64,000 nt of DNA from NCBI GenBank assembly GCA_050174015.1, contig JBFXKG010000007.1, positions 1-64,000 on the forward strand, in the 5' to 3' direction. The notes beneath the pieces were generated by a model that saw only the letters and a program-made list of their open reading frames with translations, did no database searches and was not told the origin of the DNA. The stretch comes from Candidatus Krumholzibacteriia bacterium. GTDB taxonomy: Bacteria; Krumholzibacteriota; Krumholzibacteriia; LZORAL124-64-63. The position numbers were made by a program, and so were the translations under genes. Positions 17,042-26,482 of the stretch are shown here, one piece after another; the stretch's first letter is position 1, and the number at the start of each line of letters is the position of its first letter.

Positions 17042-17530
17042 GCTGCCTGCCGGCGGGGAAAACGGTAATCTCCGGGCTACATGTCGCGCCAGGGGGGCAA
17101 CCCCATCAAGCTTAGAAATTCATCCCCAGAAGTTCACTGCGGCCTCGGTTTGGGACGGATCTGCGATCCAGTATTCTACGTAGGGGTAGTCGGTTACGGG
17201 TGGCGTTTCCGGGTTGGCGATGTTGGGAGGCTATTGAGAACAGCATACGACGCGCCGGAGGATCGGAGTCTGGCCGCGCGGTGCCCATGTGCGGCAGCCC
17301 GCCGGAGCCACCTGGAGACGCTGGCCAGTTTGGGCTTTTTCCAGAGGGGTAGATGGGCCTGGAACATCTGGGGAAACTCCTTGAAAATAACGCTTGCTTT
17401 CTCAAAAAACTTTGGGAGAAACTCCTGGAAAAAACCCTTCCATTCCCCAAAAAAGATTGATATACTAAATGCAAATGGAAATTTTGATGGTAGTTCTCAA
17501 TTCGCGTTCAATTCTACAAGGAGGGAAATA

Positions 17531-18100
17531 GTGCGTACATGGGTGTTATTGATCACTTTGTTTTCCAGCGCAGCTTTCGCTCAGATCGATCCCGGCGTCG
17601 ATGGGATGGGCGTCTATTTCGACGAGAGTGCCACAATCGTTTCCACGGTTTCCGATGGCTTCAATTACGTCGGGGGCTACCTGATCCTAACCAATCCCTC
17701 TGAACAAGGGGCTCTTCAATTTTTTTCGACTTGGATTGAATCTTATGACGCCCAACCCGACGCAATATACGGCTGGCCGCGGTTTGGAATCAACCAGTAC
17801 ACCCCCATGCCTGGATCCTACTATTGGGTTTTTTCCGTGGTTGCCGATGGAGGTGAGCCCTACCTGTTATCGAACGTATCTGTCTTGGCCGAAGTCTCTG
17901 TATATCCAAACCTCAACCGGAATTCGATTAGGTTGTTCTTGGGGAACTCCAAGTACTCCATGGTCGGTCAGAATGGTCCATTCATCACGTGCACCCCATC
18001 TTCCGGAAGCCCAGATCTTCCGGTTGCCGTTATCGACGGCCCGGCGCCAGTTGGGGAATCTGAGATGACTTGGGGGTCGTTAAAATCTTTGTTCCGTTAA
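17531..18100 (+). CDS. Secreted hypothetical protein with C-terminal TWGSLKSLFR tail
   Basis: GTG start after GGAGGG RBS; signal peptide ending AFA-Q; 'GMGVYFD' and 'PVAVID' motifs. Confidence 0.8.
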   Translation: MRTWVLLITLFSSAAFAQIDPGVDGMGVYFDESATIVSTVSDGFNYVGGYLILTNPSEQGALQFFSTWIESYDAQPDAIYGWPRFGINQYTPMPGSYYWVFSVVADGGEPYLLSNVSVLAEVSVYPNLNRNSIRLFLGNSKYSMVGQNGPFITCTPSSGSPDLPVAVIDGPAPVGESEMTWGSLKSLFR

Positions 18101-18142
18101 TACTGCAAAGAAAACTCCATATATCACCAAAGGAGACACCAG

Positions 18143-21100
18143 ATGTTGCGCCAACGTGTGTCCGTCGTTTCGAATTTCCTTGTCTGGATTTTTTTATTCG
18201 CCCTTGCGCCTGGATTATCACTAGGCCTCACAAACGAAAGGATGATCGTAAAGTTCGCCCCTGACAGCTTAACTGCCGAGCCTGCCGTTGTGGATGACAG
18301 CTTCACCCTATTTACTTCAACCGGCACCGCAATCGTCGAAAATCTTGCCTCCGTTATTCGAATGGAGCCTATGTTCAGACGAGGTTCCCCTGGTTATTCC
18401 TTTCAGGGGCCCTGGGTAATTTGGCTTGCCATCGACCCCTTATTGCTTGAGCAGACCAAAACAGCCCTGAATAACGATCCTCTTGTTGAATCTTTGATTT
18501 TGGCTGCGGATGATTCGGATAACCCGGTCATAGGCGAAACCAGCGTGGCCATGTTCCCACCCCATGAAACGTCTACCCAAAATCAATATTTTTGCGGGGA
18601 TGCATCTGGCCAGACCTATCTCCATTACAGGATCCAAGGAGAGCCCATTGACAGTGAGGATTATTGCCAATTGGAGAATTCTTCGTCAACGCACGATGGG
18701 GATATGGATTGCATTCAAGCCTGGGGTATCTCCCGGGGGGACACCAATGTCGTCGTCGCCTCTATCGACTTGGGGTTCGACTGGACCCATCCGGCTCTTG
18801 GCGGTCCCGGCCCCCAAACCAGCGGTACTCTCTCCGATTCCTTGGAGGCATACAATGAAGGTGTCGTCTTCCGCAATTGGAACGAGTACCCGGGCGATCA
18901 CAACGGCGACGACAAACCCGGGGTTGCTGGGGTTGATGATGACGGAGATGGCCTTATAGATGAGGATTCCATGGGCCGAGAGCCTGGAAACACCCAGGAA
19001 TCAGATGTAATTACTGGAACTGTTTCCTCTGCCGACAGGGACACGATATATGACCTGAATGGTCAATTTGGAAACCTCATCGGGAAATTTCTCACTGGAG
19101 ATGTAATCAATTATAATCAAGTTTCAAAGAAAATTATCTCAAACACAGCAACCATGATTGTAACGAAACCTCTTGACATTGATATTTATCCAAACGGGTG
19201 GCCTGATATTGCGAATGAGGGGGACACCTACAAAATCGGCAACCTGTTCGACGATGATGCCGATGGTCAGGCCGATGACCTCGGATATCTGAACGACCTG
19301 GCCGATGACGACGACGAAAATTCATTCCCCGACGACATGAGAGGTTGGGATTTTGTCGATACTGATGCGCCTTTTACTTCCACAATTCATTTTGAAAAGG
19401 GTGATTATTGGGAGGAAGACAACGATCCCAGGGGGTTTGCGAACCATGGGACTGAAACAGCATCCCAAATCGCTTCCAGTTGGGAATACGGGAAAATGGT
19501 CGGAATAGCCCCAGGTGTGAAAATCCTTCCACTTAGAACCGGTTACGCCAGGAAGTCCGTTGATCCAAGTAAACCATATTTGGAAGCTGCGGACCTCGTA
19601 GCCGTTGGCCGGGCCCTTCGTTACGCAACCATGATGGGAGTTCCCGTAATCGTTACGGCATTTGGTTCCGACTTCGGATTGGAATCATTTTATGACGAGG
19701 CCATTGCAGCAGGCGCCGTTCACGTTAACGGAGCGGGGAATTCCGGTCAATCCTATAATTTCAATCCCTTCGCCGGGCTTTCACAACCGAATATTTTGGT
19801 AGCCGGGCTATTTGCTGGGGATAGTTATTGGTGGAATATTGAGGGTAGTTCCAATTACGGAGATTGGGTGGATGTCGCAGCCCGAGCTGTTTCAATCGTT
19901 TCCGCCTCTCCTGGAACCCTGACGACTGGAGCCCAAGGCTATACCCATGTTACAGGGACCTCTTTGTCTGGGCCAATTGTCGGAGGCGTTGCCGCCCTGG
20001 TAAAATCCGTCTATCCGAACTATACCAGGGATGAGATCATCTCAAAGATTAAATCTAGCGTTGACAACATATACGGCCCTCCAGAAGAACCCAACATGAA
20101 CCTTAGCTTCGCTGAAGGTCAGTTGCTGGGAACGGGCAGAGTCAACGCCTACAAGGCTATTACCTTCTTTGGACCCGTGGGTACGGCTACCGGTGATACG
20201 ACCTGGTCAGGCACAGTATATGTTTCCGGGGACATCACAATCCCTGAGGGTGCCAGGCTGACGATCAATCCAGGAACAACCGTCAGAATCGCCATCAACG
20301 ACATTCTGACGCCTTACGATTTCGATTCGATTCCGCCCAACTTATATGATCCCATTGAATTCTTCGTGAACGGCGAGTTAATATGCAATGGCACGGTCGG
20401 AGACCCCGTCGTTTTTGAGCTCTTTAAAGATGAGGGTGATACCATTTCGACCTGGGGCCCTATTGTCATGAACGGTGGCGCTATCGGGGCAGTTGTGAGC
20501 CTTAACCATACCCACCTACTAGATTTCTGCGGTGGAATCATCAAAGATGAATCTGCTTCGCCCAACAAGGTCCATCTTTCTTTGAGCAACAGTAGGATCG
20601 AGGCTGGTGTCGTTTCCGCCTACAGGTCATCTCCGTATTCCGGGGTTGAGATCTACGGTCTATCGGCTGGCGATTATGTTGAAATTGCCGGCTGTGATTT
20701 TGTGGGGAACAGCGATCCCCATGGCATCGGAATCGGTCTTTCGTCAGCTTCCGGTGAGACGGGATATCAGGTGCTGTTCGGCACTTTAAACACCATAACG
20801 AGTTTCGACATCGGGGTTAACCTGTTTGGTGCCATGCCTCTCAGTGCTTCGAATATCAATATTTCTCAATGCGGAACTGGTGTTTTTGTATCCGGAGGAG
20901 TATCATCTCCAACCGTTCTGTCCGGCATCCTGCTGATTGGATCCATTGGTAATGGAATCTACCATTCCGGAGGCAAGGTGAATTATGACGCAATTCAGGT
21001 GTCCAACTCGGGTTTGAACGGGCTCTTGGTTGATGGGGGCGGTCTCCCTACCACGGGCACCAATGGTGTAAACATTTCTAATAGCGGTCTCCATGGAGCC

Positions 21101-21604
21101 TACTTTGACTCCGTCAGCAATAATTGTGTCATTTCCAATTTCACTATTTCAGGCAGTACCCACTCGGGCATCATGCTCTATGACTGTTCTCCTCAAATCA
21201 CTGGTAACAATCAAGTCTCGGGACCGGGTGGGGTGGGTGTGTTTTTCGTCAAATCCAGCTCTGCGGTCGACGGTGTCACCATATCCGGCACCTTCTCAGG
21301 GATTAGATCATTCGATCAAAGTGCTCCGGTTGTCCGGAATTGCAGCATTTCCAATTGCACGTACGGCGTGTTCGTCAACTTCGACTCCTACGGTGATTTC
21401 GGCTCATCGTCGGATCCCGGCCTGCTCGATTTTTCCAACGCGACCAAGTACGCCATAAACTGGAACAGTCAAAACAGTCTCTTGTTCTTGGGGAATTGCT
21501 TTGACGGAAGCACCAATGCCAGTTCGACCAAATTCGGGACGAAAAGCACTCCTCCGGGGATAACCAACGGAGTCATTCTTTATTCACCAGGAAATTGCCA
21601 ATAA
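18143..21604 (+). CDS. Secreted S8 (subtilisin-family) serine protease with C-terminal right-handed beta-helix
   Basis: Triad motifs 'IDLGFDWTHP', 'HGTETA', 'GTSLSGP', oxyanion 'GAGN'; parallel beta-helix-like repeats; AAGGAG RBS. Confidence 0.9.
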   Translation: MLRQRVSVVSNFLVWIFLFALAPGLSLGLTNERMIVKFAPDSLTAEPAVVDDSFTLFTSTGTAIVENLASVIRMEPMFRRGSPGYSFQGPWVIWLAIDPLLLEQTKTALNNDPLVESLILAADDSDNPVIGETSVAMFPPHETSTQNQYFCGDASGQTYLHYRIQGEPIDSEDYCQLENSSSTHDGDMDCIQAWGISRGDTNVVVASIDLGFDWTHPALGGPGPQTSGTLSDSLEAYNEGVVFRNWNEYPGDHNGDDKPGVAGVDDDGDGLIDEDSMGREPGNTQESDVITGTVSSADRDTIYDLNGQFGNLIGKFLTGDVINYNQVSKKIISNTATMIVTKPLDIDIYPNGWPDIANEGDTYKIGNLFDDDADGQADDLGYLNDLADDDDENSFPDDMRGWDFVDTDAPFTSTIHFEKGDYWEEDNDPRGFANHGTETASQIASSWEYGKMVGIAPGVKILPLRTGYARKSVDPSKPYLEAADLVAVGRALRYATMMGVPVIVTAFGSDFGLESFYDEAIAAGAVHVNGAGNSGQSYNFNPFAGLSQPNILVAGLFAGDSYWWNIEGSSNYGDWVDVAARAVSIVSASPGTLTTGAQGYTHVTGTSLSGPIVGGVAALVKSVYPNYTRDEIISKIKSSVDNIYGPPEEPNMNLSFAEGQLLGTGRVNAYKAITFFGPVGTATGDTTWSGTVYVSGDITIPEGARLTINPGTTVRIAINDILTPYDFDSIPPNLYDPIEFFVNGELICNGTVGDPVVFELFKDEGDTISTWGPIVMNGGAIGAVVSLNHTHLLDFCGGIIKDESASPNKVHLSLSNSRIEAGVVSAYRSSPYSGVEIYGLSAGDYVEIAGCDFVGNSDPHGIGIGLSSASGETGYQVLFGTLNTITSFDIGVNLFGAMPLSASNINISQCGTGVFVSGGVSSPTVLSGILLIGSIGNGIYHSGGKVNYDAIQVSNSGLNGLLVDGGGLPTTGTNGVNISNSGLHGAYFDSVSNNCVISNFTISGSTHSGIMLYDCSPQITGNNQVSGPGGVGVFFVKSSSAVDGVTISGTFSGIRSFDQSAPVVRNCSISNCTYGVFVNFDSYGDFGSSSDPGLLDFSNATKYAINWNSQNSLLFLGNCFDGSTNASSTKFGTKSTPPGITNGVILYSPGNCQ

Positions 21605-21615
21605 GGGAGATAATC

Positions 21616-22404
21616 ATGAATAAGATAGCCCTAATACTCAGCACAATGGTGCTGGTTCTTTATGGCAATGTTTTTGGTGAGGTTCGCACGTCTTCCTTTG
21701 TCTGCCAACAGAAGTCCGGTGAAAAATCGTCGGTTACGGAATATTTCGTCACAATTCCCATTGTCGGTTCCCAGAGCCTTGCCGGCGGTTCCCTTGACCT
21801 GGAGGCATTTGGTATTCCCGAAGTCCTTGAAATTGCTGCATATTATGAAAACTTAGAAGTTGGGAACTTGATTGATCAGCTTTCAGTCGACGGGGAATCC
21901 GCCTGCACACTCGATATTTCCCGGGGACTTCAATCCGCCCAAGATTCCGGGTCAGAGTCGGCTGTCATCATAATCGTCCCCTCTGGATCATTTGAGGACA
22001 ACAAAGGGATGGCTATGCCACTTGAAATTGCCGTCAACACGCGGGTGTGTTATTTAAATATTTCCGCGGAAAGAAATCCGCGGCCATCCCAACACGACCA
22101 AGACGATCCTCGTGCCTTACTCGAAACAATGGCCCCGTTCGTTTCTGTATTTCCCAATCCTTTCAACCCCACGGTTGAGATTCGACTCACCAACGGAAGA
22201 AACAAGTCGGCCAAGGTCACCGTTTTCGACATCAGGGGAAGAACCATCAAGGAGATCTATTCCGGTATTCTTACAGATTCCCCAAGCCGCGTTTCCTGGG
22301 ACGGAACCGATAGCAAAGGGCATTCTGTACCCAGCGGCGTATATTTCTACGTCGCCAGAATCGGCGCTTCGACCCAAACCGGGAAAATGATGTTGTTGAA
22401 ATAA
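21616..22404 (+). CDS. Secreted protein with C-terminal FlgD-Ig/T9SS-type-A-like domain
   Basis: Signal peptide; 'FPNPFNP', 'VFDIRGR', 'WDGTDSKG…SGVYF', ends 'KMMLLK'. Confidence 0.85.
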   Translation: MNKIALILSTMVLVLYGNVFGEVRTSSFVCQQKSGEKSSVTEYFVTIPIVGSQSLAGGSLDLEAFGIPEVLEIAAYYENLEVGNLIDQLSVDGESACTLDISRGLQSAQDSGSESAVIIIVPSGSFEDNKGMAMPLEIAVNTRVCYLNISAERNPRPSQHDQDDPRALLETMAPFVSVFPNPFNPTVEIRLTNGRNKSAKVTVFDIRGRTIKEIYSGILTDSPSRVSWDGTDSKGHSVPSGVYFYVARIGASTQTGKMMLLK

Positions 22405-22549
22405 GGTGTTAGGACGTTTCAGCCCCGAAAGCACCTCTATTTTTAATTCCGAGCTTGCATTACGATCCCACATGGGGAGGTGTTCGCATCCCCCCGGGCC
22501 CCCGGAAGCACCCGGTACCCACCCTGATCCCGGACGGTCGTACGAAACC

Positions 22550-23488
22550 ATGGTCGGAATCAACGAAGTCGAAGCGGCCGCCGAACGGATCCGGAACAGG
22601 ATCCACCGCACTCCGGTTTTGCGCTGCCGGACCATCGACGCCCTCGCCGGCGCCGAGATCCATTTCAAGTGCGAGAACTTCCAGAAGGTCGGCGCCTTCA
22701 AGATGCGGGGCGCCGCCAACGCCGTCTTCTCGCTGGAAGAATCGGCCGCAGCCCAGGGGGTGGCCACCCACTCCAGCGGCAATCACGCCCAGGCCCTGGC
22801 CCTGGCGGCCCGGATGCGGGGGGTTCCGGCCTACGTCGTGATGCCGGTCACCGCGCCTTCTGTCAAGAAGGCCGCCGTGGCCGGTTACGGCGCGGAGATC
22901 ATCGACTGCGAACCCACGCTCCAGGCCCGGGAACGGACCCTGGAGGAGGTCGTGGCCCGGACCGGGGCCGCGTTCATCCATCCCTACAACGACGAGCGGG
23001 TGATCGCCGGGCAGGGCACCGCGGCCCTCGAACTGCTGGAAGAGGCCGGCCCGCTGGACATCGTCATGACCCCGGTGGGAGGAGGCGGGTTGCTCTCCGG
23101 AACCGCGATCGTCTGCGCGGCGGCCGTGCCGTCCCCCCTGGTGTTTGCCGGGGAGCCAGCCGGGGCCGACGACGCAGCGCGGTCCCTGGCGGCGGGCAGG
23201 ATCATCCCCTCGGAAAATCCCCGGACCATCGCGGACGGCCTGCTGACCTCCCTGGGGAGCCTGACCTTTCCCATCATCCGGGAGAAGGTCGCGGGGATCT
23301 GGACGATCGACGACCCCGCCATCATCGCCGCCATGCGCCTGATCTGGGAACGCATGAAGATCGTCGTCGAGCCTTCGTCGGCGGTGTGCCTGGCAGCCGC
23401 GCTCGCCCGGCCCCGCGAGGTTGCCGGAAAGCGGGTGGGCATCATCCTCTCGGGGGGCAATGTGGACCTGGGCCGCCTGCCCTGGTAG
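22550..23488 (+). CDS. PLP-dependent serine/threonine dehydratase (serine racemase-like, no ACT domain)
   Basis: 'KCENFQKVGAFKMRGA', 'SSGNHAQ', 'PVGGGGLLSG', 'SGGNVD'. Confidence 0.92.
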   Translation: MVGINEVEAAAERIRNRIHRTPVLRCRTIDALAGAEIHFKCENFQKVGAFKMRGAANAVFSLEESAAAQGVATHSSGNHAQALALAARMRGVPAYVVMPVTAPSVKKAAVAGYGAEIIDCEPTLQARERTLEEVVARTGAAFIHPYNDERVIAGQGTAALELLEEAGPLDIVMTPVGGGGLLSGTAIVCAAAVPSPLVFAGEPAGADDAARSLAAGRIIPSENPRTIADGLLTSLGSLTFPIIREKVAGIWTIDDPAIIAAMRLIWERMKIVVEPSSAVCLAAALARPREVAGKRVGIILSGGNVDLGRLPW

Positions 23489-23537
23489 GCTGTCTTCGAC
23501 GGGCTTTTCCTTCCCATTGAACCGTAAAGGGAGAATC

Positions 23538-23963
23538 GTGGCGCACAGTCATCGCATCAGGGTCCGCGGTTTCCACTGCGACTTCTACGGACACGTCAAC
23601 AACGCCCGCTACCTGGAATTCCTCGAGGAAGCCCGCTGGGCCTACCTCGAGGCGGGATTGGATCTCCAGGCCTGGAAGGACCGGGGCCTGGGGTTCATCG
23701 TCGCCGCCGTCTCCATCAACTACCGGCGCCCGGCCGGCCTGAACGTCGACCTCGAGATCCGCTCCCACCTGGCGTCCATCGGCGGCAAGAGCGGCGTCAT
23801 CCGCCAGGAGGTGGTGGACGTCGCCTCGGGGAAGACGGTGGCCGACGCGGACGTGACCTTCGTGATCGCGGACCTCGAGAGCGGCAGGGCCGTAGCCATG
23901 TCGGAGGAGATCGTGGCGATGCTGAAGCTGAGCGAAGAGCCCGGCGCCGGGTCCCGGCCGTGA
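23538..23963 (+). CDS. Acyl-CoA thioesterase (YbgC/FadM hotdog family)
   Basis: 'VRGFHCDFYGHVNNARYLEFLEEAR'; GTG start after GGAG. Confidence 0.9.
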   Translation: MAHSHRIRVRGFHCDFYGHVNNARYLEFLEEARWAYLEAGLDLQAWKDRGLGFIVAAVSINYRRPAGLNVDLEIRSHLASIGGKSGVIRQEVVDVASGKTVADADVTFVIADLESGRAVAMSEEIVAMLKLSEEPGAGSRP

Positions 23964-25237
23964 GGGCGGCGGCGCCGAAGGAACCGTGGCGGGAACGGAT
24001 GCGGGCGGTCGGGCCCGGCATCCTCTTCGCCGGAGCTGCGATCGGGGTATCCCATCTGGTGCAGTCCACCCGGGCGGGAGCCGGCTACGGGTTCAGTCTG
24101 CTGTGGGCGGTGCTGCTGGTCCTGCTGTTCAAATATCCCTTCTTCCAGTTCGCCCACCGCTACACGGTGGCCTCGGGCGAGAGCCTCCTGGAAGGCTACC
24201 GCCGCCTGGGGACCTGGGCCCTGGTGGCCTTCATGACCATCGTCACGCTCAGTTCATTCATCACCACCGCCGCGGTCACCATCGTCACCGCGGGCCTGGC
24301 GGGGGCGCTGCTGGGGCTGGATTTCTCCCTGACCTGGCTGAGCCTGGTGCTCCTGGTGGTGATCGCGATCATGCTGAGCGCCGGTCATTACCGACTGCTC
24401 GACACCGGCATGAAGGTGATGGTGCTGATCCTGGGCATCCTGACTCTCGTCGCGGTGGCCGCCGCCTTCGCCCACGGTCCGGCGGGGGATCCGCAATGGC
24501 GGGATCCGGCCCTGTGGTCCGCGGGGGGCGTGACCTTCCTGCTGGCGCTCATGGGCTGGATGCCTGCGCCCCTGGACATCGGCGCCTGGTCTTCCCTGTG
24601 GATCCTCGAGAAGCACCGGGGCGACGTCACGCGCCCCACCAGGGCCCAGGCCATGCTGGATTACAACCTGGGCTATCTGGCGACGGTCGTGCTGGCGGTG
24701 GCGTTCGTCTCGTTCGGAGCCCTGGTGATGCACGGCACCGGAGTGGAGTTCTCGGCCTCGGGCCTGGTATTCAGCCAGCAGCTGATCGAGATGTACACGG
24801 GCACCCTGGGCGCCTGGACCCGCCCGGTGATCGCCCTGGTGGCTTTCATCACCATGTTCTCCACCACGCTCACGGTCATGGACGGCTACTCGCGCACGCT
24901 GGGCAGCGGGTTCGTCCTGCTGGCGGGCAAGGGCGGCGCCGAGGGGGCCGCACCGCGGCGCAAGCTGTACCACCTCTTCCTGGTCCTGCAGCTCGTCCTC
25001 GCCGTGCTGATCATCGGCCGGTTCATCCAGGGGATGCAGGCCCTGGTCGACGTGGCCACGGTGGTGGCCTTCCTGACGGCGCCCCTGGTCGCGGTGCTGA
25101 ACCTCAAGGTGATGTTCCTGGAAACGATACCCCGGGATGCGCGTCCGGCAGGAGCGATGATCTGGTACTGCAGGGCGGGGATCGTCTTCCTGGTGGGGTT
25201 CGGCCTGGTCTGGATCTACACGCGCTGGTTCCTCTGA
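23960..25237 (+). CDS. NRAMP-like membrane transporter
   Basis: 'GPGILFAGAAIGVSHLVQSTRAGA', 'LMGWMPAP', 'MFSTTLT'; about 11 TM segments. Confidence 0.82.
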   Translation: MRAAAPKEPWRERMRAVGPGILFAGAAIGVSHLVQSTRAGAGYGFSLLWAVLLVLLFKYPFFQFAHRYTVASGESLLEGYRRLGTWALVAFMTIVTLSSFITTAAVTIVTAGLAGALLGLDFSLTWLSLVLLVVIAIMLSAGHYRLLDTGMKVMVLILGILTLVAVAAAFAHGPAGDPQWRDPALWSAGGVTFLLALMGWMPAPLDIGAWSSLWILEKHRGDVTRPTRAQAMLDYNLGYLATVVLAVAFVSFGALVMHGTGVEFSASGLVFSQQLIEMYTGTLGAWTRPVIALVAFITMFSTTLTVMDGYSRTLGSGFVLLAGKGGAEGAAPRRKLYHLFLVLQLVLAVLIIGRFIQGMQALVDVATVVAFLTAPLVAVLNLKVMFLETIPRDARPAGAMIWYCRAGIVFLVGFGLVWIYTRWFL

Positions 25238-25264
25238 AAAGAGGCGCCCCCCGGGGGGCGCCTC
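25237..25264 (-). terminator. Intrinsic terminator between convergent genes
   Basis: GAGGCGCCCCC-CG-GGGGGCGCCTC palindrome with AAAA on its left (U-tract on the minus strand). Confidence 0.75.
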
Positions 25265-25288
25265 GTCCGATCCGATCTCCGGGATCGG

Positions 25289-26260
25289 TCACTTCGAGCC
25301 GTGCTCCAGCTGGTCGAAGGCCTCGCGCATGCCCTTCTGCAGGGCGGCCACGTCCTTCGCCGACCACTTCTTTTGGTCCTCCCGGATGAAGGACGTCTTG
25401 TCCACCCGGTTGTCGAAGCGGCCCAGGGGCAGGAAGTAGCTGCGGCCGTCCTTGTCGACCTGCACCGTGTCCGGTTTGCCGGATCCCTCCAGCAGCCAGG
25501 CCATGTCGTCGCAGCCGTAGTCCCCGTACATCACCGCATTGGGCACCCCGTGGTGCAGGATGCTGCCCGGGTCGTTGGGATCGGTGCGGGCGAGATTCTT
25601 GCGCCGGGATTCCTCGGGCGTGACCCAGATGTACAGGATGCTGGCCTTCTCGAGGATGGCCGGGCTGAGCTGACCGAGACTGTGGAGGTAGCCGAAGGGA
25701 CGGGGCAGGGGCATCGGAGAGCCGTCGGCCCCTCCGCGGGCGAATTCGATGACCACGGTCTTGCCCGTCAGGTCGTCGGTCACCTCGGCCACCTTGTCCC
25801 TGAGCAGGGTGCGGGCCTCGTCCTCGATGGGCCCGGCGATTTCCATGCGCAGATCCGCAGGCAGCTTCCTGATCACGGCCTCGCCGCCGGCCCGGACCCG
25901 GGCGGCGTCGATCCGATCGAACAGCCACAGCGCCGCAGACTCGGGGGCCGGCCGGCGCTGATTGACCAGGTCGTCGTAATCCTCGTTGATCAGCTCGATC
26001 AGGGTGAGCCAGTCGATGGGGTTGCGGAACGGCAGGGCCGGCGAGATGAAGAAGGCCCCCTCGTGGCCCCGGGAGGTCAGCTCGTCGCTCACCCGGCGCA
26101 TGATGTGCACGTAGGGGAAGTCGTCGAGCTGGACGGTGTGGCCGATCCCGAACTGCTCGTGGCACTGCTCGGGAGTCAGGCTGGCCAGGTAGCGGCGGGC
26201 TTCGGATTTGCCGCTGGCCGGAAGGGCGAGCAGCAGCAGGACATCGATGTGCTTGGACAT
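25289..26260 (-). CDS. Hypothetical protein with N-terminal P-loop-like motif (nucleotide kinase-like topology)
   Basis: 'VLLLLALPASGKSE', 'VVIEFARG', 'ILYIWVTPEESRRKN'; AAGGA RBS before ATG 26260. Confidence 0.7.
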   Translation of the reverse strand: MSKHIDVLLLLALPASGKSEARRYLASLTPEQCHEQFGIGHTVQLDDFPYVHIMRRVSDELTSRGHEGAFFISPALPFRNPIDWLTLIELINEDYDDLVNQRRPAPESAALWLFDRIDAARVRAGGEAVIRKLPADLRMEIAGPIEDEARTLLRDKVAEVTDDLTGKTVVIEFARGGADGSPMPLPRPFGYLHSLGQLSPAILEKASILYIWVTPEESRRKNLARTDPNDPGSILHHGVPNAVMYGDYGCDDMAWLLEGSGKPDTVQVDKDGRSYFLPLGRFDNRVDKTSFIREDQKKWSAKDVAALQKGMREAFDQLEHGSK

Positions 26261-26329
26261 GGAATATCCTTCCCGTGGTGGCGGCCCGCTTCCAGGCGGG
26301 CGATCATGGATGACAGTCCTTCTGGACGA

Positions 26330-26358
26330 AGTATTTCCCGGACGGGCGCCGGCGTCAA
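26330..26358 (-). promoter_or_regulatory. Possible sigma70 promoter for the P-loop gene
   Basis: Minus strand TTGACG-17 nt-AATACT. Confidence 0.35.
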
Positions 26359-26482
26359 GGCGCGGAGTCCGAATTCCGCAGGTGCCGGGATTCAGGTTCA
26401 GATCTTGCTTGTTCGGTCGAAAATACCGTCGTGAATCGTTGGCGGCCCCAGGGCCGCCCGGACCGGATGATGGAGGCTCGCG

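Larger units (their letters stand above)
17100..22460. other. Lower-GC island carrying three secreted-protein genes
   Basis: Abrupt visible shift to AT-richer sequence and A/T-ending codons; boundaries approximate; no integrase or tRNA seen. Confidence 0.75.

Noticed and set aside
17081..17530. N-terminal extension of the 339-aa ORF as coding sequence or a pseudogene
   Set aside because: A signal peptide and RBS define the start at GTG 17531; I could not match the upstream translation to any family
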